A DNA stretch of 64,000 bases from Thainema sp. (GCA_052168235.1 JBQLZK010000031.1:14853-78852), one strand, 5' to 3'. Counted from the first letter of the stretch, positions 51,719-62,314 are shown. Notes: generated by a model not told the origin, from the letters alone. Numbers and translations are program-made.

Positions 51719-52282
51719 ATGGCCAATACTGAGTTCCGACAAGAACCGGACAGAACGAGAGTTCCCTATCCTAATCTGCCGCCCATCATCGAAAGCCGAG
51801 AGACTGAATATCGCGGTACTGGCGTAACCAGCTCCGTGAATATCCTGGGTCATCCCATTCATCCCATTATTGTGATCTTTCCAGTTGCCTTTCTCAGTGG
51901 CGCAGCAGGCACGGATTTAGGTTACTGGCTGACGCAAGATCCGTTTTGGGTGCGCGCCTCTATGTGGCTGATTGGTCTAGGCGCATTGGCTGGCATCTTA
52001 GCAGGTCTGATTGGAATGGTGGACTTTGTCCGTATTCCTCGTGTTCGCCACCGTACAGCAGGTTGGGCGCACATGGCTGCTAATATTGCAGCGCTAGTGC
52101 TGTCGCTAATCAACTTTGGTTTACGGCTAAACAATCCCGCAGAATCGATTCTCCCCGGTGGACTAACGCTGTCTCTAATTGTGGCGGGCTTGCTGCTGGT
52201 TGGCGGCTGGTTTGGCGGCGAACTGACGTTCCGGCATAAAGTAGGCGTGATTGGCCCAAGTGAAACAAAAGTCTCTTCATAG
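51719..52282 (+). CDS. DUF2231-family membrane protein
   Basis: GHPIHPIIVIFP, GWAHM, GGWFGGELTFRHKVGV; GAGGAGG RBS before ATG 51719. Confidence 0.88.
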   Translation: MANTEFRQEPDRTRVPYPNLPPIIESRETEYRGTGVTSSVNILGHPIHPIIVIFPVAFLSGAAGTDLGYWLTQDPFWVRASMWLIGLGALAGILAGLIGMVDFVRIPRVRHRTAGWAHMAANIAALVLSLINFGLRLNNPAESILPGGLTLSLIVAGLLLVGGWFGGELTFRHKVGVIGPSETKVSS

Positions 52283-52329
52283 GGTTTTGTAAACAAATTC
52301 CTTGGGAATTCACCTTTGCTTAAAACTCA

Positions 52330-52370
52330 AAAAGCATGAGGCCGTCGCATTGCGACGGCCTCATGCTTTT
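52330..52370. terminator. Bidirectional rho-independent terminator
   Basis: AAAAGCATGAGGCCGTCGCA-T-TGCGACGGCCTCATGCTTTT. Confidence 0.75.
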
Positions 52371-52384
52371 AGTTCTGATTTGGA

Positions 52385-52645
52385 TTAGGCGACATCTTTT
52401 CGCTGGACAGCCCAAAAAATACCAGCGCTGCCGGGCGCTCTAAGCTGACAGGCCGGACACTCACAGGTGGCTCCTCCATCAACAATCTTGAGATATTGAA
52501 TTTCGGCGTGGATCGAGGCTTCGCTAACTGGCAGACCCAGCATTTTCTTAATATGAGATTCTAGCGGGCGACAGGCTCGCCTTGCGTAGCTCTGATCTCC
52601 TCGTTGGGAGTAAATAACGTAATCCGAAAGCCAGTTGTTGTTCAT
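52385..52645 (-). CDS. Small hypothetical protein with CxCxxC motif
   Basis: MNNNWLSDY...TCECPACQ...; ends just before the bidirectional terminator; start uncertain. Confidence 0.5.
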   Translation of the reverse strand: MNNNWLSDYVIYSQRGDQSYARRACRPLESHIKKMLGLPVSEASIHAEIQYLKIVDGGATCECPACQLRAPGSAGIFWAVQRKDVA

Positions 52646-52813
52646 GTAAGACACGTTCTTGGGCGACTTCGCATCCTCCCAAGGGTCAACCAAACTATGC
52701 CTTGAGATAGATGTAAAGTAATAATGCCCTAAAACATGTGGTTTTGTTACATCAGATTTAATCAAAATTTAATTTTATTCAGAGGAAAGACATGGTTTTC
52801 CAACGAGTTTTGT

Positions 52814-52892
52814 ATTGCTGTAGTCAGTTCTATTAGGACACAGACGTTTTTGTGGCGGGGCTTTGCCGCGTGTGCGTTTAGCGTAGCTGTAT
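52814..52892. mobile_element. MITE-like element, family B
   Basis: ATTGCTGTAGTCAG..TTAGGACAC..TTTTTGTGGCGGGGCTTTGCCGCG similar to 6241-6332. Confidence 0.55.
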
Positions 52893-53082
52893 GATTCCCC
52901 GCTGTCGCCGCTGAAAAAAGGGGCTATGCCAACTCTGACTCAAGATACCCTTTTTCTAGGCGAAGCCATGCCTGCATGGCTGTAAGGGGATCTATGCAGA
53001 GTATGGTTATGGTTATAAAAATAGAAAGAAGCGCTCTTCAAGGGCGCTTCTATGCAGGTGATGGACGTAATTTGGAATTAAA

Positions 53083-53907
53083 TTAACCGAACCGACCGCT
53101 GACATAGTTGCGGGTCGATTCCTCACGCGGCTGTTGGAAAATCTGCTCGGTAGGGCCATATTCGACCAAATAACCACTCCGCTTGCCCTCGTCTGTGGCC
53201 TCGGCATTGAAAAAAGCTGTCACATCTGCAACGCGGGTCGCCTGCTGCATGTTGTGCGTCACGATGATAATCGTGTACTCCTGCTTCAATTCAGCAATTA
53301 AATCTTCAATTTTCAGCGTCGAAATTGGGTCCAGCGACGAACAGGGTTCATCCATCAGCACCACATCCGGTTCAACAGAAATGGCTCTGGCAATGCATAA
53401 GCGCTGCTGCTGTCCGCCGGAAAGAGACAGACCGTTTTCACCTAACTTGTCTTTCACCTCGTCCCAGAGTGCGGCCTGTCGGAGCGACTTTTCAACCAGT
53501 TCATCCATATCGACCTTTTTGCCCGTTACGCGTGAACCGTAGGCGATGTTGTTGTAAATCGATTTGGGAAACGGGTTGGGCTGCTGGAACACCATACCAA
53601 TCCGGCGGCGTACGGCCACCGGATCGACTTTGTCGCCATAGAGATTTTGGCCGTGATAGTACACGGTGCCATCAGCGTGGAAGCTGGGAATCAGGTCATT
53701 TAACCGATTAAAGCAGCGGATTAATGTACTTTTGCCGCAGCCAGACGGGCCAATAAATGCCGTGACTTGGCGAGCTGGAATCTCCATATTCACATCGCGA
53801 ACGGCGAGAAAATCGCCATAGTAAATATTGAGGTTTTGGGTGCGAAATACGGTTTCCGTCTGATTGGGACGTGAGGATGGATTTTCTAGATATTCAGTAG
53901 AGTTCAT
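53083..53907 (-). CDS. pstB: Phosphate ABC transporter ATP-binding protein
   Basis: [43 protein letters not shown]; likely start MNSTE. Confidence 0.97.
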   Translation of the reverse strand: MNSTEYLENPSSRPNQTETVFRTQNLNIYYGDFLAVRDVNMEIPARQVTAFIGPSGCGKSTLIRCFNRLNDLIPSFHADGTVYYHGQNLYGDKVDPVAVRRRIGMVFQQPNPFPKSIYNNIAYGSRVTGKKVDMDELVEKSLRQAALWDEVKDKLGENGLSLSGGQQQRLCIARAISVEPDVVLMDEPCSSLDPISTLKIEDLIAELKQEYTIIIVTHNMQQATRVADVTAFFNAEATDEGKRSGYLVEYGPTEQIFQQPREESTRNYVSGRFG

Positions 53908-54073
53908 GGTGCTGCTAGTAAAACAAGGTGATGGCAAATTTAGACTGATGTTTGATTGAGCTGGACTTTGTTTTTCGGGTTGGGGCTGTTCAGGGGAGTA
54001 GGGAGTAGGTAGGGGGCAAGGGAGCTGGGGGGCAGGGGAGAATGTGGTAGTTAAGAGTTCCAGAAAATTGGTA

Positions 54074-54973
54074 TTAGTAGACGCTTCTGCGAGCGGCCCA
54101 GCGTGACAAAATGCTGGTTAACAGAACCAGTGCTACCAAGACCAGTGAGGCAGCCCAGGCTAGTTCGCGTTGATTTTCGTAGGGCACCGCTGCAAAGTTG
54201 TAAACAAGAACAGAAAGCGTCGCGATTGGTTCAAATAGGCTTTCTGTCCAGTACTGGGCGAATAGAGCGGTAAAGATCAGCGGTGCCGTTTCGCCTGCCG
54301 CTCGCGCTACGGCCAGCGTCAATCCAGTTGCGATCGCAGGTAGGGCAGCGGGTAGAACCACTCGCATCACGGTCTGAAACTTGGAGGCTCCCATGCCGAC
54401 GGAGGCCCAGCGCACCTGTTTAGGCACAATTTGCAGCGACTCATCGGTGGTGCGAACAATGATTGGCAGCATGAGAACCGCTAGTGCCGCTCCACCTGCG
54501 ATCGCAGAATAGCCAAACACGGGTACAACCAGCAGGCTGTAGACCAGCACCCCAGCCAGAATTGACGGAACGCCGCTGAGTACATTGGTTGCAAATCGAA
54601 TCCAGCGTACAAGATGACCTGAACTGAACTCTGCCAGATAAATGGCGGCCATCACGCCTAAAGGGACGCTGATCAAGGCCCCAATGCCAACTACCATCAG
54701 CGTTCCAACAAAGGCATTGGCAAATCCACCTTCACCCGCAAAGGGAGGTGGCGGTAACTGGGTAAACGCGTCTACGTCTAAACGACTGATTCCTTGCACC
54801 AGGACATAGGCAAGAACCAGAAATAGCGGAATAAGTGCAATGACGAGACAGAGTCCTGATAGAACCGTCCAAGCCGCTTCCACAAAGGTTTCTCGCGGTT
54901 TGCCTGTTTTGAAAATGCCGTATTCATCTGACCGTGCGGCACGATGGTTATTTGACTGAACATTAGATGACAT
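54074..54973 (-). CDS. pstA: Phosphate ABC transporter permease
   Basis: [25 protein letters not shown]. Confidence 0.95.
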   Translation of the reverse strand: MSSNVQSNNHRAARSDEYGIFKTGKPRETFVEAAWTVLSGLCLVIALIPLFLVLAYVLVQGISRLDVDAFTQLPPPPFAGEGGFANAFVGTLMVVGIGALISVPLGVMAAIYLAEFSSGHLVRWIRFATNVLSGVPSILAGVLVYSLLVVPVFGYSAIAGGAALAVLMLPIIVRTTDESLQIVPKQVRWASVGMGASKFQTVMRVVLPAALPAIATGLTLAVARAAGETAPLIFTALFAQYWTESLFEPIATLSVLVYNFAAVPYENQRELAWAASLVLVALVLLTSILSRWAARRSVY

Positions 54974-54992
54974 AAGCGTTTGATTCCTGTTG

Positions 54993-55943
54993 CTAGTACG
55001 GCTTCACCTTACGGATAATCAATTCAGCTAAAACATTGACAATCAGCGTCATCAAGAACAGGACGAGCGCCGCATACATCAAGGCTGCTACCTGTAGTCC
55101 GCTGGCTTCTGCAAACTGATTGGCGAGTAGGGAAGCAATGGTGTTGCCCGGAGCCAGAATAGAAAAATTGAGGTTGTTGGAATTCCCGACCAGCAGCGTC
55201 ACAGCCATCGTTTCGCCCAAGGCCCGTCCGAGCGCCAGCATGGTGCCACCGACAATTCCGGAAAAAGCGGCTGGAATGAGTACCCGAAAGATGGTTGTCC
55301 AGCGAGTTGCCCCTAGTCCGAGAGAAGCCTGTCGCAAATTCGGCGGCAAAGAGGCCAAGGAATCGCGTGAAATTGCCGTCACAATCGGCAAAATCATGAT
55401 TACCAAAATGATGCCTGCTGGAAATAATCCAGGGCCAATATAGGGCGTTTGAAATAAGAAGAACCAGCCAAAGTTATCGTGTAGCCAAGCACCAATTGGA
55501 TCGAGAAACGGAATCAGCACATAAATGCCCCACAAACCGTAGACAATGCTTGGAATTGCCGCTAGCAGTTCCACCATAAAAACCAGCGGCGCACGAACTT
55601 TGGGCGGTATAAAATCTTCGCTGAGAAAAATAGCTGTACCGACTCCCAGGGGCACTGCAAATAAAAGCGCAATCAAGGAACTCATCAACGTTCCATAGAT
55701 CATGGGTAGCGCCCCATATTCGCTGTTCACTGGGTCCCAATCGCTGGTGTATAAGAAGCGGACACCATATTCCTGAATAGCAGGCCAAGCATCAATTGCT
55801 GTTTGAACGCCGATTAAAACCAGAATGCCCGCAATTGCGATCGCAAATAGACGCGTCGCCAAAATGAAGCCGCGATCGATCCAAACGGATTGATCGGAGC
55901 GAGGAGGAATTGCTGTTTGTGATCGTTGTACGTGTCCTGCCAT
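54993..55943 (-). CDS. pstC: Phosphate ABC transporter permease
   Basis: ELLAAIPSIVYGLWG, GRALGETMAV. Confidence 0.95.
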   Translation of the reverse strand: MAGHVQRSQTAIPPRSDQSVWIDRGFILATRLFAIAIAGILVLIGVQTAIDAWPAIQEYGVRFLYTSDWDPVNSEYGALPMIYGTLMSSLIALLFAVPLGVGTAIFLSEDFIPPKVRAPLVFMVELLAAIPSIVYGLWGIYVLIPFLDPIGAWLHDNFGWFFLFQTPYIGPGLFPAGIILVIMILPIVTAISRDSLASLPPNLRQASLGLGATRWTTIFRVLIPAAFSGIVGGTMLALGRALGETMAVTLLVGNSNNLNFSILAPGNTIASLLANQFAEASGLQVAALMYAALVLFLMTLIVNVLAELIIRKVKPY

Positions 55944-56764
55944 TTGCTTGTCGTAGTTGTTGCCATTTGTGTGTGCTCGTGCGCTAGGGCGATGCGATCT
56001 GCAATCTTGAAATTTGGTGATGATGTGCTGGGTTTTGAAGCTTGGATGTGCGATCGCGTAGTCAGAGAATTTCAGCCAAATATCATTGGCTCAGCATTAA
56101 TAATTCAAAAAATCAAAACTTAAAAATTTCCAAATTCAAAAATTTCGAAATCAACGATTCGAAAGAAGTTGCCTAAACACAAACGACAATAAAGGAATTA
56201 AGTAAAGAAGAAATCAACAAGCATTCAATATCTATCGATAGGTAGAAGTAATCTCACAGATAAATGACAGCGCTAAATACAGTTCTAGCAATCAAATCGC
56301 ATTCGAATTGGCAGGATATAGTAGCTATGGCGTTGATGAATTAGTTTCTAGTTGCCAATGGTAATTAGCATAGAATTATCACTGTATGCCTCAGTAAATG
56401 ATTGATTATCCGCTTTAATCTTGTAACTCACATTCGATGCTTCAAGCTGCTTTATTCAAAGCGAATTTGAACTTGCATGACTGTATATGGACATTCATTC
56501 AAAGCTGTTTTGATGTCTTTGCTACAAAAAATGCTGATTTCGCATTTATTCAGCCAATGGATTACTTGGCCAACAAATTAAGCTATAAAATTATTGATTA
56601 ATTAATTTGATTGGTAAATTCATCTAATTTCCAACCTCAGCAGGTTTCGACGAGAATTTGCTGTCTACTCAATATCCATCGAAAGAAGTAGAGAGCAGTA
56701 TATGAATTTCAAGAATCTTGATTTAGATATCGATTGCTAATGCAATATTTCTGCCGACTTTTTT

Positions 56765-56794
56765 ATTAAACTCTTCTTTACATCAGCTCAATAC
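56765..56794 (+). promoter_or_regulatory. Putative Pho box (SphR/PhoB-type) upstream of pstS
   Basis: ATTAAACT-ctt-CTTTACAT-cag-CTCAATAC: three 8-mers at 11-bp period resembling PyTTAAPyPy(T/A). Confidence 0.5.
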
Positions 56795-56830
56795 TGTTTT
56801 TAGGAGACGTAGTAGAAACGGATTGAGCCC

Positions 56831-57970
56831 ATGTCATTACTTGCTAAATTTCGTCCTCAGAAAAAAACGCTGACCACAGCGGCAACTGTTTCTTTAATTG
56901 CTGTGGGTATGGTTGCCTGTGCAAACTCAGAACCATCTGGAACTGATACAGGAGCTGCAACTGATGGCAGTGAAGATGTTGCAGCAAATAGTGGCGCTAC
57001 AGAAGAGAACTTCGACCTTACATTAAATGGTGCTGGAGCATCCTTCCCCGCACCGCTGTATCAAACCTGGTTTTCGCAAATCCAAAATGAGTATCCGGGA
57101 CTGCAAATCAACTACCAATCCGTTGGTAGCGGTGCAGGTGTTGAGCAATATCTGGCTGGAACGGTAGATTTTGGAGCTTCTGATGCGCCCTTAACGGAAG
57201 AAGAGAGACAGCAGTTTGTTAATCAGTATGGTGCTGATCCTGTGCAGGTGCCGATGACGGGCGGACTAGCTGTTTTCGCTTACAACTTAGAAGGTGTTGA
57301 CGATCTTCAGCTTTCCCGAGAAGCGTATTGCGGGATCGTCACGGGTGACGTTACCACCTGGGATGCTCCAGCTATTGCTGAAGCCAATCCTGACGCGGAT
57401 TTACCAAGCGAGCCAATAACCTTTGTGCATCGTTCCGACGGCAGCGGCACCACCTTCTTGTTCACCAACCACATTCAGGCCGCTTGTCCCAACTGGCAGG
57501 GTGGCGCAGCCAAGACGGTTGACTGGCCAGTTGGTGTGGGTGCCAAAGGTAACGAAGGAATTGCGGCTCAAATTCAGCAAACCGCAGGTTCCATTGGCTA
57601 CGTCGAGTATACCTATGCCAGCGAAAACGACATCTCGACTGCCGCTTTAGAAAATCAGGCTGGAAACTACGTTGAGCCATCACCTGACGCAGGCGCTCAA
57701 GTGCTGGAAGGCGCTGAAGTTCCTCAAGATTTTGCGCTAGTGATTCCTGACCCAGAAGGCGATCAAGCTTATCCTATTGTCGGTTTGACCTGGATGCTGC
57801 TCTATCCTCAGTATGACTCCCAGGAAAAGGCAAACGCGGTTCAAACGATGGTGGATTGGGCTTTAAACAACGGTGGCGAAGCTGCTCAACAACTTGGTTA
57901 TATTCCTTTACAAGGTGATGTAGAGGAACGGGTGAAGAGCGCTGTTGAGGAGCAAGTCAAAGTTAACTAA
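56831..57970 (+). CDS. pstS: Phosphate ABC substrate-binding lipoprotein
   Basis: GAGASFPAPLY, YQSVGSGAG, DFGASD, HRSDGSGTT, GAKGNEG. Confidence 0.97.
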   Translation: MSLLAKFRPQKKTLTTAATVSLIAVGMVACANSEPSGTDTGAATDGSEDVAANSGATEENFDLTLNGAGASFPAPLYQTWFSQIQNEYPGLQINYQSVGSGAGVEQYLAGTVDFGASDAPLTEEERQQFVNQYGADPVQVPMTGGLAVFAYNLEGVDDLQLSREAYCGIVTGDVTTWDAPAIAEANPDADLPSEPITFVHRSDGSGTTFLFTNHIQAACPNWQGGAAKTVDWPVGVGAKGNEGIAAQIQQTAGSIGYVEYTYASENDISTAALENQAGNYVEPSPDAGAQVLEGAEVPQDFALVIPDPEGDQAYPIVGLTWMLLYPQYDSQEKANAVQTMVDWALNNGGEAAQQLGYIPLQGDVEERVKSAVEEQVKVN

Positions 57971-58076
57971 TACTGAATCTAGCTAGAAAGAACCCAAATT
58001 ATTTTTCATAGAAGTCAGGCATAGCAAGACTTCTATGAAAAATAAAAACTGGTTTCTACCAGCAGATTTCGGATAA
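57968..58076. mobile_element. Divergent MITE-like element, family A
   Basis: AAGAACCCAAATTATTTTTCATAGAAGTC..GACTTCTATGAAAAATAA..GGTTTC; starts at the pstS stop codon. Confidence 0.6.
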
Positions 58077-58184
58077 CTCGGGTTTGGGCTGGCTATCACT
58101 TTAATCCGTCAAAGGGGTGTACGGTAAAAGATTGAACCAGCTCAACAGCGGCATCAGTTGTTGCTGATATGGCTGGTGCCGTTT

Positions 58185-58294
58185 CATAGCAATCCTTAAG
58201 CTCAAAACTGGGGATTAACATCGAGATGGAATAGCTCTGCTGTTCACAGAGATGTTAATCCTCTTTTGTAGTGTTTTTTATAACCACCGCTATG
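58185..58294. mobile_element. MITE-like element, family B, overlapping the amidohydrolase stop
   Basis: CATAGC ... TAACCACCGCTATG ends; internal GGATTAACATC/GATGTTAATCC stem. Confidence 0.5.
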
Positions 58295-59693
58295 ACGACA
58301 GCCGCATGACGCGACGGTACTGAGGTTCAACGCTGTCTTTACTGGGTGATGTCCGCTCAACTTGCCACTGACTCTGCTCAAACATGGCCTGCTTCAGCTG
58401 ATTCACGTCAATGGTTTGTACCTGCTTATTCGCTACGACTTGGCGGCCATTAACCCAGACCGAATCAACAACCTGACGCGGACTACCCATGACCAGGAGG
58501 CCAATCGGATCAGTGCGCGGTAGCAGCGATAGATCGGTCAAATCGTACAGAACGAAATCAGCCTGTTGTCCAACTTCTAGTAAACCCCGATCGTGAGCCT
58601 GGTCTAAACCTTTCGCGCCACCGAGGGACGCCATTTGAATGGCTTCGCGGGGTTTAATCCACTGACGGTATTCAAAGTCAGTCGTGTTGTGGATCATGGT
58701 GCCGACTTTGATCACTTCCAGCAGATCTTGACCGTCACTGCTGGCCGTGCCGTCGCAGCCGAAGGTAACGTTGACGCCAGCCTGACGGTATTTCAGCACG
58801 GGCGCAATGCCGCTGCCTAACCGTAGATTGCTCAAAGGGTTATGAACTGCCGTCGATTGGGTGGCCGCCATAATCTCAATATCGTTATCATTCAGCCAGA
58901 CGCAATGGGCGAGAGACGTACGTGGCCCCAGAAAGCCGATGTTTTTCAGGTATTCAACAGCGCTACAGCCATATTTCTCATAGGCCAGCATTTGCTGCGC
59001 TTTGGTTTCCAGCAGGTGGGCATGGCGGCGCAGGTCGTAGCGATCGCTAAGTTCAATGCAGCCCTTAAACAGCTCATCTGAACAAAGCTGTGTACCCGTC
59101 GGAGCCACCATGATGTGAATGTCATCTTCTGGCGCATGGAAACGCGCGATCGCATCTTGCATCATGGCCAGCACCTCTTGAGTGGACTGCTCAAACGGTG
59201 CGTGGGTTTGGGGCGTATCGCCGGAGGGAATGCCCCGCGTTAGGGTTTCATCCTGGATCAGGGGGCCGACGAAGGCGCGAATGCCGACTTCACGATAGGC
59301 GCGGACGGCAGCTTCAATCGTGGCAATTTCCTGACCGGGAATTAGCACCAAGTGATCCACAACGGTTGTGCCACCCGACAGTAGGGTTTCCACAGCGGTA
59401 CCCAGGGCGCTGAGATAAATTTGCTCTGGGTCAAGCGGCGCAAAATCGTAGAGTTCTGCCAGCCAGAGTTCTAGCGGTAGTGGCCCAATCAGTCCCCGCT
59501 GCCACATTTCGGATGAGTGGGTGTGGGCGTTGACAAAGCCCGGTAATACAAGCTTGTTGGTGGCGTCAATGACTGTACCAAGCGGCTGGAGTTGGGGTGC
59601 GATCGCAGCAATACGACCCTTGGCGATCTGAATATCTGTCGTGTCGTAGCCGTCATCAACGGCAATTAATACGTTCTGAATGGTATAGTCCAC
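58290..59693 (-). CDS. Metal-dependent amidohydrolase (AtzA/TrzA/MTA-SAH deaminase-like)
   Basis: PGFVNAHTH, HAHLLET, LAHCVW, HNPLSNLRLGSG, GCDG. Confidence 0.92.
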   Translation of the reverse strand: MDYTIQNVLIAVDDGYDTTDIQIAKGRIAAIAPQLQPLGTVIDATNKLVLPGFVNAHTHSSEMWQRGLIGPLPLELWLAELYDFAPLDPEQIYLSALGTAVETLLSGGTTVVDHLVLIPGQEIATIEAAVRAYREVGIRAFVGPLIQDETLTRGIPSGDTPQTHAPFEQSTQEVLAMMQDAIARFHAPEDDIHIMVAPTGTQLCSDELFKGCIELSDRYDLRRHAHLLETKAQQMLAYEKYGCSAVEYLKNIGFLGPRTSLAHCVWLNDNDIEIMAATQSTAVHNPLSNLRLGSGIAPVLKYRQAGVNVTFGCDGTASSDGQDLLEVIKVGTMIHNTTDFEYRQWIKPREAIQMASLGGAKGLDQAHDRGLLEVGQQADFVLYDLTDLSLLPRTDPIGLLVMGSPRQVVDSVWVNGRQVVANKQVQTIDVNQLKQAMFEQSQWQVERTSPSKDSVEPQYRRVMRLSS

Positions 59694-59982
59694 AAACCTG
59701 TTCCCTTACGATATCGAACCTGCATCAAACCTGAACCTGTCCTGTTCAAGCTTGCCCAAACTCAGAAGTGGAATTTGAATTCTTTATAGTCTGCCATCAA
59801 GTCTAATGTCCTTAGGGTATTCCATGAACTTTTTGGGAATGCATATAGCCCATTCGTCTTTCACAAGCCTGATTTTGAAGCGTTGGAAACCTAATTTGGC
59901 GGAAAAATTGCTATTAAGCCGCTGAATCTGTCTATATTGTTATTTTCCTTGAATTTTCGTGCTTATACAGCGTCTTTCTTAT

Positions 59983-60063
59983 TAGACCTCTTGCATGAAT
60001 CGAAAAACATAACGTGATTACAAGGGTTTCAGCCTTCAAATCCTGGTTCATGCAAGAGGTCTA
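59983..60063. mobile_element. 81-bp MITE with perfect 17-bp terminal inverted repeats
   Basis: TAGACCTCTTGCATGAA (59983-59999) / TTCATGCAAGAGGTCTA (60047-60063). Confidence 0.8.
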
Positions 60064-60219
60064 TTTAAAGATTCACTACTCTTCTGGTTGCTTATACATT
60101 GACTTAAGACAATCGTAGACGTTGGTATTTTCAATACCTAAATCTCAGCCGCCTATCCTCCATTTGGGCGATACCCCTTATTCTCAGGAAGACACTATTT
60201 TAGGTTTGACAGCGGTTCT

Positions 60220-60609
60220 ATGTTTCGACACGTCAATTTACCACAGGATGTTCTGCCAGCGGTTGCGCCCTATTCCCATGCGGTACGGGCAGGGGATTTC
60301 CTATTTGTCACGGGGCAGCTCGCAGAAGATCCGAAGACGGGACAGGTCGTGCGCGGCCCGATTGAAGACCAGACTCGTCGGGTAATGGAGAATTTGAAGC
60401 TGGTATTGGAGCACGAGCAGACGAGCTTTGCCAAGGTGGTGATGGCGCGAGTGTTTGTCACCGACTTTCGGTTCTTTGAGACGGTGAATGAAATTTATCA
60501 GTCTTACTTTGAGGCCGGACAATATCCAGGGCGAACGGCTATCGGTGTAACTGCACTGGCAGGCTTTGGTGATGTAGAGATTGATTTGGTCGTCTATTGT
60601 GGCGATTAA
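60220..60609 (+). CDS. RidA/YjgF family protein
   Basis: PYSHAVRAGDFLFVTGQL, VNEIY, PGRTAIGV, VEIDLV. Confidence 0.93.
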   Translation: MFRHVNLPQDVLPAVAPYSHAVRAGDFLFVTGQLAEDPKTGQVVRGPIEDQTRRVMENLKLVLEHEQTSFAKVVMARVFVTDFRFFETVNEIYQSYFEAGQYPGRTAIGVTALAGFGDVEIDLVVYCGD

Positions 60610-60615
60610 CTTACT

Positions 60616-60691
60616 GTAGGTTGGGTTGAGTGACAACGAAACCCAACAAGCTCTGTAAACGTTGGGTTTCGCGTTGCTCAACCCAACCTAC
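60616..60691. repeat. Inverted REP doublet (GTAG-type)
   Basis: GTAGGTTGGGTTGAG..GAAACCCAAC followed by its inverted copy GTTGGGTTTC..CTCAACCCAACCTAC. Confidence 0.85.
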
Positions 60692-60720
60692 AAAAATTAT
60701 TTCTAATTCAGCAAATCACC

Positions 60721-61488
60721 ATGAGCTTAAAACCCCTTGGGACACCTCCCAATGCCTGGTATGTCGATGAGCACACCGCTGATCTGACCCGTCCGCCGCT
60801 GCCGCCGCGTCCGATTGTGGTGTCAACAGACACCAAAACCCTGAAGCTGGATTTGGCCAAAGTTGCGATCGCAATTATTGATATGCAGAACGACTTTTGC
60901 CATCCGGACGGCTGGCTGGCGCATATCGGCGTAGACGTGATGCCTGCTCGTAAGCCGATTGAGCCGATTCAACGCTTTCTGCCTGCGATGCGGCAGGCGG
61001 ATGTGCCTGTGATCTGGATTAACTGGGGCAATCGGCCCGATTTGCTGAATATCAGTGCCGGACTGCGTCACGTTTACAATCCCACGGGAGCAGGCGTCGG
61101 TTTGGGCGATCCGCTACCCAAAAATCAGGCTCCGGTGCTGACCAAAGATAGCTGGGCAGCAGCGGTGGTGGATGAGCTGGAGCAAGCGCCCACGGATATC
61201 AAAGTCGATAAGTACCGGATGAGCGGCTTTTGGGATACGCCACTGGACAGCATATTGAAGAATCTGGGCAAAACGACGATTCTGTTTAGCGGTGTGAATG
61301 CCGATCAGTGCGTGATGGCGACGCTTCAGGATGCCAATTTTCTGGGTTACGACTGCATTCTGCTGCGGGACTGCTCGGCCACAACCTCCCCGGACTACTG
61401 CTGGCAAGCGACGATTTACAATGTCAATCAGTGTTTTGGTTTTGTAACCGATTCCACCGCAATCCTGGACGCACTTCAAGATACTTAA
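60721..61488 (+). CDS. Isochorismatase-family cysteine hydrolase
   Basis: D-K-C triad: IDMQNDF, VDKYRMSGF, GVNADQCV. Confidence 0.92.
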   Translation: MSLKPLGTPPNAWYVDEHTADLTRPPLPPRPIVVSTDTKTLKLDLAKVAIAIIDMQNDFCHPDGWLAHIGVDVMPARKPIEPIQRFLPAMRQADVPVIWINWGNRPDLLNISAGLRHVYNPTGAGVGLGDPLPKNQAPVLTKDSWAAAVVDELEQAPTDIKVDKYRMSGFWDTPLDSILKNLGKTTILFSGVNADQCVMATLQDANFLGYDCILLRDCSATTSPDYCWQATIYNVNQCFGFVTDSTAILDALQDT

Positions 61489-61558
61489 TAGCAGAGCGGC
61501 TAATCCCAGCCAACAATAAACCAAAGCCTAAGAGTAGCGGTATTGCTGCGATTAGGCG

Positions 61559-61666
61559 TTATACCAAGTCTGTGTATAAGAACCCAATTTATTTTTTGTG
61601 AAACGTTGGCGGAGCCAACGTTTCACAAAAAATAAATTATGGGTTTTCCAGTCAGACTTGATATTA
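61559..61666. mobile_element. MITE-like palindromic element, family A (complete copy)
   Basis: TIR TTATACCAAGTCTG / CAGACTTGATATTA; long internal hairpin. Confidence 0.82.
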
Positions 61667-61704
61667 GGTTTGAATCTGCACCCTTATCCGCAGAGAGGTA
61701 TCCC

Positions 61705-62175
61705 ATGATGGAGTCCGATCAGTGCGTCATTCCCATTTTCAAAACGCCGCGAGATTATCAGGCGTTTCGCATTAGTTCAAACGATACGAACCGACTGGCA
61801 ATTGTCTTTGATCCTACGATTGCCAATATGTCGCTGACCTACTGTGTGGAAATTTTTGATCCAGGCGGAAAAACGCCACCCAATCGGCATCAGCTCGCTG
61901 TAGAAATGTTTTTTATTCTCAAAGGCGAAGGGATCGCCACCTGTGACGGTAAATCGGTTGCGGTTCAAGCGGGCGACAGCGTTCTAGTACCACCCAACGG
62001 TATTCACGTTTTGGAAAACACGGGCGCAGGTCGCCTCTATGCCCTCTGCATCATGGTGCCCAATGAAGACTTTGCCGAACTGATCCGCAACGGCACCCCA
62101 GTTGAACTGGACGACGAAGACTGGGCCGTCCTGCGCCGTTCCGATACCAAAGTTCCTGCCAACGTGGGTGCGTAA
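61705..62175 (+). CDS. Cupin-domain protein
   Basis: PGGKTPPNRHQLAVEMFFILKGEG and GDSVLVPPNGIHVLEN cupin motifs; GAGG RBS before ATG 61705. Confidence 0.9.
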   Translation: MMESDQCVIPIFKTPRDYQAFRISSNDTNRLAIVFDPTIANMSLTYCVEIFDPGGKTPPNRHQLAVEMFFILKGEGIATCDGKSVAVQAGDSVLVPPNGIHVLENTGAGRLYALCIMVPNEDFAELIRNGTPVELDDEDWAVLRRSDTKVPANVGA

Positions 62176-62248
62176 TACTATTTTGCCAAATCGGACTACA
62201 GATTCAGATGCTGTGGGCGTCGGGGCAGTGGGGCAAGCCGTTCCATCC

Positions 62249-62277
62249 GTGGGGACACGGCAATGCCGTGTCCCTAA
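62249..62277. repeat. REP-like palindrome
   Basis: GTGGGGACACGGCAATGCCGTGTCCCTAA; related half-copy CACGGCATACCGTGTCCTAC near 42761-42780. Confidence 0.7.
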
Positions 62278-62314
62278 CCAAAGATTTCACCTTATTTAAC
62301 TGCGTTCCCTAGCA

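Noticed and set aside
60125..60137. NtcA box before the RidA operon
   Set aside because: Spacing is GTA-N7-TAC, not N8; kept only as a generic palindrome.
61639..61704. N-terminal extension of the cupin ORF
   Set aside because: The upstream ATG lies inside a MITE; the RBS supports the start at 61705.
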